Positions 1-10,775 of a stretch of DNA of 64,000 nt are shown one piece after another. A program made the position numbers and the translations under genes. The DNA comes from Eledone cirrhosa (Eukaryota). Position 1 is the stretch's first letter; each line of letters starts with the position of its first letter. The stretch is taken from NCBI GenBank assembly GCA_964016885.1, contig OZ024746.1, positions 49,538,001 through 49,602,000 on the forward strand. The letters run 5' to 3'. Below the pieces are notes generated by a model that saw only the letters and a program-made list of their open reading frames with translations, was not told the DNA's origin and searched no databases.

Positions 1-253
1 TACACACATACAGTACAAAAATACGAATATTTCCGTGAAAATAGGAGCAAAATTATGTAGATAAATCTACCAAGAGTTTACGGTAGTGTCCAATCCGTAT
101 GAAGAACTCAATGTATTCCGGATATCATGGAAAGAAGAGATGTAATGAAAAATCACTTTCGGTGAAAGATAAACGGTATACAGAGTCAAGATAAATTATT
201 AAACAAATAATGAATAAAACAATGAAACAGTTCCTTATATTAAACAAAAAAAG

Positions 254-407
254 TTCATTATTTAACGATCGTTTCTAGGATATATATGTGTTAGAATTGG
301 CATGCATATTCAACAGATCTATGTACAAAATTATACAAAATTATACAAACTATCAAGATTAAATATACATACCAACACATATATACGCCGTCTTCAGAAA
401 TAATGAA
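254..407 (-). ncRNA. Type I hammerhead ribozyme, family A, extended stem II
   Basis: Minus strand: stem I UUCAUUAUUU/AAAUAAUGAA (10 bp); core CUGAAGA; stem II UAUAUAUGUGUUGG/CUAACACAUAUAUA around a long loop; GAAAC-GAUC-GUU. Predicted cleavage between 264 and 263. Confidence 0.88.
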
Positions 408-1020
408 ATGTATTTATTGATAATAACAACAATTCAAAATTTCAGGTCCGTTTGGGAACAAAATTGACCAATGAAAATACAAAAGGTTTTATGCAGTTCG
501 GTGTGTGTATATACATGTAACTACCCTTACACATATTTTACAAAAATGTATGCTCAACTTGTATACGCATACCAAAAGGATGGATGCAAATACAAAATTT
601 CAAGGTTAATGTCTCTGTAAGTTTATAATGCACAGATAAGATGCGTATAGACACATAAATATGAAATAAGTGTATACACATATTCTCATACTCACACATA
701 TCCGTACAATCACACACACACGCGCGTATATGCATAAACATACACATAACTACGAACATACAAACACACACACACCCCCACTCACATATATATATGTGGA
801 TATAATATCATAAGCACATGGATATTAATTCACTCACATAAACACTGCCACACACATTTAGATCAAGATACAGAAATTAGGTGGGAGGGGGGGAGAGGTC
901 AGTATTCAACGGTTTGGGCAGACTGCTTATTATAGATGTATCTATAAACTAAGAAAATAAAAAATAAAAATTAAAAAGGAAAGAAAAGAAAAAGAAAAAA
1001 GAAAAAAGAAATATATCAAG

Positions 1021-1023
<3 letters not shown>

Positions 1024-1112
<89 letters not shown>

Positions 1113-1225
1113 AACACATACATACATATACACACATTCACACTTAGAACATACATACACACACATATATAAACATATACATATACACACATACACACAT
1201 ATATACACACATACATATAAATATA

Positions 1226-1259
<34 letters not shown>

Positions 1260-1552
1260 CACACACATATATACACATATAATCACACATTCTATATAGA
1301 CACACATATATATATACACATACACGCACATATACATACACATACATACTTATATACATACAGATATACACATACATACCTATATATACACACAAATACA
1401 TACATACATACATACATACATACATACACACCAATACTTACGCATCCATATATCGGTATATACATACAAACACCACTACACTCTCACACAACTCAGACAT
1501 ACAAAGAAAAAGGTATATACCTATACACATATACATATACAAATAGAGATAC

Positions 1553-1615
<63 letters not shown>

Positions 1616-1805
1616 CACATATACACACACATACATACATACACATACATACATGTACACACACATACATATACATACATACACACATACACACATACAT
1701 ATATAGTCATACACACACATACACCTACACGAACATACACATACACATATATAAAGATATATATACACACACACACATACACACACACACATATATATAA
1801 AATAA

Positions 1806-1846
<41 letters not shown>

Positions 1847-2177
1847 CATATACATACACACATACATAGACATATATGTACATACATACACATACATACA
1901 TACATACACACACATATATACATATATATACACACACAGACACATACATACATACACACACAACATACATACACACACATATATACTCATACATAGAATT
2001 AGATATATATTCATACATGCATACGCACTTACATATACTCATATATACAAATACATACGCATCCATATATGCGTATATACATACAAACACCACTACACCC
2101 TCACACAACTCAGACATACAAAGAAAAAGGCATATACATATACATATATACACGCATTAATAGAGATATATATACAC

Positions 2178-2208
<31 letters not shown>

Positions 2209-2417
2209 CACTTATATATATACACCCACACACACATACAACCATAAACACACATACAAACACCCACATACACATATATATACACATACATATATATACA
2301 CACACACAAAAAACATACATACACATATATATTTTTTTACACATATATATACACATATATATACATATACACACCCTCACATATACACACATACACATAA
2401 GTTATATTATAATAATA

Positions 2418-2458
<41 letters not shown>

Positions 2459-2697
2459 CGAATATAGACATATATACACACATAGATATATATATATATG
2501 TACATATACACACACACACACACACACTCACATATATATGTGCGCACATGCACATATATACACATACACACATATACACGTAAACACATACATGTGCATA
2601 CATGCACACACACACATATACCCACATAGATACGAAGATAGACATATAAATAGAGAGACATACATATATATACACACACATATATACATACATACAT

Positions 2698-2758
<61 letters not shown>

Positions 2759-2990
2759 CACACATACACGCCCACACACATATACACATATACACATATA
2801 TATACATACACACATACACATACACATATATATACACACATGCCTATATACACACATATATATACATACACACATATATATACACACAATCTTACATTCT
2901 TATTTGCATGCGCATATATGTATTTTTATATTCAGATATAAATACCCAAACATATATACACCTACCTACATATATATTCATACATACACG
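1024..2990. repeat. Compound (TA)n/(CA)n/(TACA)n microsatellite block inside the PLE 3' region (also ~7686-9650, ~14338-16300, ~20998-22880, inverted ~25455-27430)
   Basis: The interruption pattern is conserved in all copies while pure (TA)n lengths vary. It contains an internal ~90-bp direct repeat (acgcatccatatat...caactcagacatacaaagaaaaagg) at ~1440 and ~2057. Confidence 0.95.
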
Positions 2991-3587
2991 CTTACAAACA
3001 CAGATGATAATAGTATGGGGGAAAGGGGGGGGGGTTGGAGAAGGGGATTATAGTAAATATATGTTTCAAGAAACATAGAATATTATCTGTATCTGGATCC
3101 AATGTATGTTTTTACATAGTTTCAGTGTTAGGAAATACAAGAAATAAGGCAAAATTTATGCATCTCAAAATAAATAAGTATACCATTAATTATATGTTAA
3201 CTAAACTAAAGATAGTTAACATATTGATTTCTAAGGTGTAAATTAGTTAGGTTTATAATATTTGAAGCAGAATTTTGAAGTTAAATAGTAGTAGAGTATT
3301 AATTATAGTATAACTAAATTAAAGTTAATAACGTTATGGTATCAATATTAGGAAATGAATTTAGTAATAGGGAAAAAACAAATAAAGTATTACATCGGTA
3401 GTAGAATATAAATTATAGGTTAACTAAATTAAAAATTATATATTAATTTCTATAGTATATGTTAATTAGGTATATAATAAATAAAACAGATATTGTATTT
3501 TATCAATAGCAGAATATAATTATATGCAAATAGAAATCAAAATTAATACATATACATATACATATACATACACATATATATATACAC

Positions 3588-3634
<47 letters not shown>

Positions 3635-4123
3635 TACACATACATATACATACATACATATACATATTTTTTTCAAAAATTGCAAAGAATTTATTAACTA
3701 GGTATATATCCAAAACACATCCCATTCTATGATTACATGACATTCTGCAATCCGTCTGTATAAGGATACTAATTTTAAGCCAATTAAATTAAATTTTTAG
3801 GTTGACTAAATTTAAAACCAAATTATAAATATATTTCTAAAATGTATATTAATTAGGTCTATAATACTAAAAATTATTTCTCTGTCATTGGATACACGAT
3901 ATTTTGTTATATTTTATCTGTAAAGGAATTTTAATAAAAGGTTTAAATAAATTAAAATTAATCTATAAATTAAATTACTAAGTATATATTAGTAATATTT
4001 AAAGGTTTTTCACAATTTATGATTACACAATATTTTATATTCTCATCTGTAATAGAATTTTAATTAAATTAAATTTATAGGTTAACTAACATTTAAATTA
4101 AATTAATTTCTAAAATAATGTTA

Positions 4124-6565
4124 TTAATTAGGTTTATAATATTTAAATGTTTTTTTTAGTTTATGATTACACGATATAATTAATTCCTGTCGTTTATTTA
4201 ATAGGATATCCTTAGATTTCATTATTTCAAATAGTTCTTGGGAACATAATCTACATTCATTTCTATTATTTTGATAAGGGGTGGCTCTTTTGAGCACACT
4301 CCAGGTCAAATCATATTCTATATTCTTATTTTTATAACTATTGATTTTTTCTGCTAGAGATGTTGTATTAGCCAGTGCGGCATTTTTAAAACTATGCTTG
4401 TGGGTATTAAACCTTGTCTTAAAATTGTTAGAGGTAGCTCCTATATATGAGCAAATAGAATCTTTAGTTTTAACATTACATTTATAGACTATGTTGTTAA
4501 CAAGACAATTCCCTTTTAATGGGCAGTTTGCTTTGTTTCTACAGTTACAACCTTTCGTTAATTCTGTATTTGAGGAGATATTATGGTTAATTTGATGTAC
4601 TGGTGGTATACTTATGGTTTTCTTACATTTATATGCATTATAGGCACTTATATTTTGTTTTATGTTATTTGTTGTAGAGTATGAGAATTTAACTGTAGAC
4701 CTATTTAAGATTTGATGGTATTTGTGGTTTGGCGGGAAGTTTTTCTCTAGGATATAAAAAAATTTTTTAGCAATATTATCCTTAATTTGTAAATTAAATG
4801 GAGCATTATACCAAGTAACCCGTCTATTACGGTTTCTATGTTGTTTATTATTTTTATTATTTTTATAGGTTGTATCGTGATGTTTACTAGGAGGATTAAT
4901 GTTAATGATCTCACCACAACCATTTTTAGTTATATTTGTAGATTTAGGTGTTTTATCCTTTTTATTAGGAGTTTTATTATTAATATTTATTAGAGTTGTA
5001 TGATGAGTAGTTTTTTGAGAGTTACTATATTTTATATTAGAAGATTTGGTATTTTGGGGTATAGTGTGGGTGGCATTTAGGTGTGTACTTTTCATTTGGT
5101 GTTTGTTGGTAATATTAGGTTGTATGCTTTCAGTATTTTTAGTAGAAGGTATATATTCTAATCTATTTTTGTGGCCACTTCTATCTAGAGCTTCGTTATA
5201 GAAGGTCGCATTTTTATCAAATACATCTTGGTTAGAAGAAAGGTTAGAAATTCTAAGTGATATATTATATGCAAGGTTTTTAAGGATAGATTTAGGGTGA
5301 TTAGATTGTGAGTGTATGTAATGTAAGTTTTGGTTTGGTTTATGGTAAGGTTGGTAGATACCCGTAGCTAAATCTAAAGTTATATCTAGGAAATTTACTA
5401 CTTTACTTGTTTTTTCAAAAGTAATATGAAGATTATAATAGTCTTTAAGGAAAGTTCTAATATGTTTTTTGTTTTTTTCAATTTCTGAAAGGCTAAGGTT
5501 GTTAGAAAGAAGAAGACAGTCATCACGATATAAACCACCTTTGAGGTGGGGAAAGGAGGCATTTATGTTGAAAAGGAGAAAGAGGCCCACAAGATCAGTA
5601 ATTTGGGCGGAATCGCTTGAACCCATAGTAATATCAAATAGATTACTATATGTGTTTCTGGTCCAGTATTCATTCTGAAATTCAATAAGTGTTAGTCTAG
5701 CATGTGTAATAATATTAATGTCATCCAAAGTTAAGTTAGATCTATTTTTAGCAAATATCAATGCTTTGTTCAGGAGTATAGGTGATATAGAAGAATAGTA
5801 ATTATCTATATCAAATTGTAGAAATGAAGCAGAAGATTTACATCTAATATTTTTAAACCAGTTAATTACCTGGGAGGTGTTTTCCCAGAGTGGTAAAATA
5901 ACGTGTTTTCTTATTTGTGGGATGACTCTATCCAAAATTTTTTTGCTAATTATTCCAATATCTGATTTGGAGGGACATATAAGTCTAATAGAAGGATTTG
6001 AGTTAAAGTTTGATTTATGATCCTTCAGGTTGAAGTGTGGTCTTTTCAATGCCAAAGGTTCAGTTCTATCTTCAATGTTTAGTTTTTTTACTATGTTGTG
6101 TGTTTTGTTGTTGATGTTGGTGAGTGACGCATTATTAGATTTTTTATAATTTTTTCTGAGTTCTTTATATATGAACTCATTATAATGTTCAATATCCATA
6201 TGATACAAGTTACCAGTTTTGTCCGAGTGGACATGGATTTTTTTAGACTTTTTTAGGTCCAATAGGGTAGAATCAAGGTCCTTTTGAAAGACGGATTTAT
6301 ACTTTTTAAATTTGAGGTGTTTAATTAAATTAAAAAGGTCTTTCTCGAAGTCTTCAAGTAAAAAGTTGTGTGGTGGATTCTTGTAAGTATTGAAATCATA
6401 CATATATTTCCGATCTGCTTGTTTAGATTTTTTATCGAAGTGGTAGGCTCTCCATCTAACCCTTCTGATAAAATTATTAGTTTTTTGAATCATAAGGAGT
6501 AAGAAGTCATCCTTAGAAGGTATTGGTATGTTTTTTAAAGAGGTTCCCAAATATTGTTTTTCCAT
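4124..6565 (-). CDS. PLE reverse transcriptase + C-terminal GIY-YIG endonuclease, intact (~813 aa from first ATG)
   Basis: N-terminal SLKNIPIP and DKTGN; RT motifs LQFDIDNYY, ITMGSSDSAQITDLVG, GGLYRDD, VNFLDI; linker CNCRNKANCPLKGNC (CxCx5Cx5C); IVYKC...SYIGAT...FKTRFNTH; CRLC; terminal SCNHK. The track start at 6586 is a TTG; the ATG is at 6565. Confidence 0.95.
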   Translation of the reverse strand: MEKQYLGTSLKNIPIPSKDDFLLLMIQKTNNFIRRVRWRAYHFDKKSKQADRKYMYDFNTYKNPPHNFLLEDFEKDLFNLIKHLKFKKYKSVFQKDLDSTLLDLKKSKKIHVHSDKTGNLYHMDIEHYNEFIYKELRKNYKKSNNASLTNINNKTHNIVKKLNIEDRTEPLALKRPHFNLKDHKSNFNSNPSIRLICPSKSDIGIISKKILDRVIPQIRKHVILPLWENTSQVINWFKNIRCKSSASFLQFDIDNYYSSISPILLNKALIFAKNRSNLTLDDINIITHARLTLIEFQNEYWTRNTYSNLFDITMGSSDSAQITDLVGLFLLFNINASFPHLKGGLYRDDCLLLSNNLSLSEIEKNKKHIRTFLKDYYNLHITFEKTSKVVNFLDITLDLATGIYQPYHKPNQNLHYIHSQSNHPKSILKNLAYNISLRISNLSSNQDVFDKNATFYNEALDRSGHKNRLEYIPSTKNTESIQPNITNKHQMKSTHLNATHTIPQNTKSSNIKYSNSQKTTHHTTLININNKTPNKKDKTPKSTNITKNGCGEIININPPSKHHDTTYKNNKNNKQHRNRNRRVTWYNAPFNLQIKDNIAKKFFYILEKNFPPNHKYHQILNRSTVKFSYSTTNNIKQNISAYNAYKCKKTISIPPVHQINHNISSNTELTKGCNCRNKANCPLKGNCLVNNIVYKCNVKTKDSICSYIGATSNNFKTRFNTHKHSFKNAALANTTSLAEKINSYKNKNIEYDLTWSVLKRATPYQNNRNECRLCSQELFEIMKSKDILLNKRQELIISCNHKLKKTFKYYKPN

Positions 6566-6915
6566 TGTGATATGGATGATGGACAATTGAAAGAGCTCAA
6601 CTAAATGTATATGGGTTTATAAAATCATACATATATATGTATATACATAAATATAAAATTAATACACACATACAGTACAAAAATACGAATATTTCCGTGA
6701 AAATAGGAGCAAAATTATGTAGATAAATCTACCAAGAGTTTACGGTAGTGTCCAATCCGTATGAAGAACTCAATGTATTCCGGATATCATGGAAAGAAGA
6801 GATGTAATGAAAAATCACTTTCGGTGAAAGATAAACGGTATACAGAGTCAAGATAAATTATTAAACAAATAATGAATAAAACAATGAAACAGTTCCTTAT
6901 ATTAAACAAAAAAAG

Positions 6916-7069
6916 TTCATTATTTAACGATCGTTTCTAGGATATATATGTGTTAGAATTGGCATGCATATTCAACAGATCTATGTACAAAATTATACAA
7001 AATTATACAAACTATCAAGATTAAATATACATACCAACACATATATACGCCGTCTTCAGAAATAATGAA
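6916..7069 (-). ncRNA. Hammerhead ribozyme, family A copy
   Basis: Same motif as 254-407, ~350 nt upstream of the ATG at 6565. Confidence 0.88.
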
Positions 7070-7683
7070 ATATATTTATTGATAATAACAACAATTCAAA
7101 ATTTCAGGTCCGTTTGGGAACAAAATTGACCAATGAAAATACAAAAGGTTTTATGCAGTTCGGTGTGTGTATATACATGTAACTACCCTTACACATATTT
7201 TACAAAAATGTATGCTCAACTTGTATACGCATACCAAAAGGATGGATGCAAATACAAAATTTCAAGGTTAATGTCTCTGTAAGTTTATAATGCACAGATA
7301 AGATGCGTATAGACACATAAATATGAAATAAGTGTATACACATATTCTCATACTCACACATATCCGTACAATCACACACACACGCGCGTATATGCATAAA
7401 CATACACATAACTACGAACATACAAACACACACACACCCCCACTCACATATATATATGTGGATATAATATCATAAGCACATGGATATTAATTCACTCACA
7501 TAAACACTGCCACACACATTTAGATCAAGATACAGAAATTAGGTGGGAGGGGGGGGAGAGGTCAGTATTCAACGGTTTGGGCAGACTGCTTATTATAGAT
7601 GTATCTATAAACTAAGAAAATAAAAAATAAAAATTAAAAAGGAAAGAAAAGAAAAAGAAAAAAGAAAAAAGAAATATATCAAG

Positions 7684-7783
<100 letters not shown>

Positions 7784-7885
7784 AACACATACATACATAT
7801 ACACACATCCACATTTAGAACATACATACACACACATATATAAACATATACATATACACACATACACACATATATACACACATAC

Positions 7886-7934
<49 letters not shown>

Positions 7935-8223
7935 CACACACATATATACATATATAATCACACATACTATATAGACACACATATATATATACACATACAC
8001 GCACATATACATACACATACATACTTATATACATACAGATATACACATACATACCTATATATACACACAAATACATACATACATACATACATACATACAC
8101 ACAAATACTTACGCATCCATATATCGGTATATACATACAAACACCACTACACTCTCACACAACTCAGACATACAAAGAAAAAGGTATATACCTATACACA
8201 TATACATATACAAATAGAGATAC

Positions 8224-8255
<32 letters not shown>

Positions 8256-8468
8256 ATATATATATATATATATACATACACATATACACACACATACATA
8301 CATACACATACATACATGTACACACACATACATATACATACATACACACATACACACATACATATATAGTCATACACACACATACACCTACACGAACATA
8401 CACATACACATATATAAAGATATATATACACACACACACATACACACACACACATATATATAAAATAA

Positions 8469-8531
<63 letters not shown>

Positions 8532-9096
8532 CATATACATACACACATACATAGACATATATGTACATACATACACATACATACATACATACACACACAT
8601 ATATACATATATATACACACACAGACACATACATACATACACACACAACATACATACACACACATATATACTCATACATAGAATTAGATATATATTCATA
8701 CATGCATACGCACTTACATATACTCATATATACAAATACATACGCATCCATATATGCGTATATACATACAAACACCACTACACCCTCACACAACTCAGAC
8801 ATACAAAGAAAAAGGCATATACATATACATATATACACGCATTAATAGAGATATATATACACATATATATATATATATATACACATACACTTATATATAT
8901 ACACCCACACACACATACAACCATAAACACACATACAAACACCCACATACACATATATATACACATACATATATATACACACACACAAAAAACAGACATA
9001 CACATATATATTTTTTTACACATATATATACACATATATATACATATACACACCCTCACATATACACACATACACATAAGTTATATTATAATAATA

Positions 9097-9134
<38 letters not shown>

Positions 9135-9374
9135 TCGAATATAGACATATATACACACATAGATATATATATATATGTACATATACACACACACACACAC
9201 ACACTCACATATATATGTGCGCACACGCACATATATACACATACACACATATACACGTAAACACATACATGTGCATACATGCACACACACACATATACCC
9301 ACATAGATACGAAGATAGACATATAAATAAAGAGACATACATATATATACACACACATATATACATACATACAT

Positions 9375-9413
<39 letters not shown>

Positions 9414-10243
9414 CACACATACACGCCCACACACATATACACATATACACATATATATACATACACACATACACATACACATATATATACACACATGCAT
9501 ATATACACACATATATATACATACACACATATATATACACACAATCTTACATTCTTATTTGCATGCGCATATATGTATTTTTATATTCAGATATAAATAC
9601 CCAAACATATATACACCTACCTACATATATATTCATACATACACGCTTACAAACACAGATGATAATAGTATGGGGGAAAGGGGGGGTTGGAGAAGGGGAT
9701 TATAGTAAATATATGTTTCAAGAAACATAGAATATTATCTGTATCTGGATCCAATGTATGTTTTTACATAGTTTCAGTGTTAGGAAATACAAGAAATAAG
9801 GCAAAATTTATGCATCTCAAAATAAATAAGTATACCATTAATTATATGTTAACTAAACTAAAGATAGTTAACATATTGATTTCTAAGGTGTAAATTAGTT
9901 AGGTTTATAATATTTGAAGCAGAATTTTGAAGTTAAATAGTAGTAGAGTATTAATTATAGTATAACTAAATTAAAGTTAATAACGTTATGGTATCAATAT
10001 TAGGAAATGAATTTAGTAATAGGGAAAAAACAAATAAAGTATTACATCGGTAGTAGAATATAAATTATAGGTTAACTAAATTAAAAATTATATATTAATT
10101 TCTATAGTATATGTTAATTAGGTATATAATAAATAAAACAGATATTGTATTTTATCAATAGCAGAATATAATTATATGCAAATAGAAATCAAAATTAATA
10201 CATATACATATACATATACATACACATATATATATATACACAT

Positions 10244-10286
<43 letters not shown>

Positions 10287-10775
10287 TACACATACATATA
10301 CATACATACATATACATATTTTTTTCAAAAATTGCAAAGAATTTATTAACTAGGTATATATCCAAAACACATCCCATTCTATGATTACATGACATTCTGC
10401 AATCCGTCTGTATAAGGATACTAATTTTAAGCCAATTAAATTAAATTTTTAGGTTGACTAAATTTAAAACCAAATTATAAATATATTTCTAAAATGTATA
10501 TTAATTAGGTCTATAATACTAAAAATTATTTCTCTGTCATTGGATACACGATATTTTGTTATATTTTATCTGTAAAGGAATTTTAATAAAAGGTTTAAAT
10601 AAATTAAAATTAATCTATAAATTAAATTACTAAGTATATATTAGTAATATTTAAAGGTTTTTCACAATTTATGATTACACAATATTTTATATTCTCATCT
10701 GTAATAGAATTTTAATTAAATTAAATTTATAGGTTAACTAACATTTAAATTAAATTAATTTCTAAAATAATGTTA

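Noticed and set aside
538-3743. Many overlapping Cys/Val/Tyr/Ile- or His/Thr-rich ORFs (also in each repeat unit and elsewhere)
   Set aside because: They are translations of (TA)n/(CA)n/(TG)n repeats that lack stop codons, are open in several frames at once, and shift frame between copies.
5469-5678. 69-aa antisense ORF conserved in every unit
   Set aside because: Shadow of the RT YRDD region with a non-ATG start; a similar shadow occurs in family C (60833-61036).
4124-6565. Assignment to the Naiad (selenoprotein) PLE clade or to a bacterial RT system
   Set aside because: The endonuclease is C-terminal with a CxCx5Cx5C linker, the intact ORFs have no in-frame TGA, and the context is eukaryotic.
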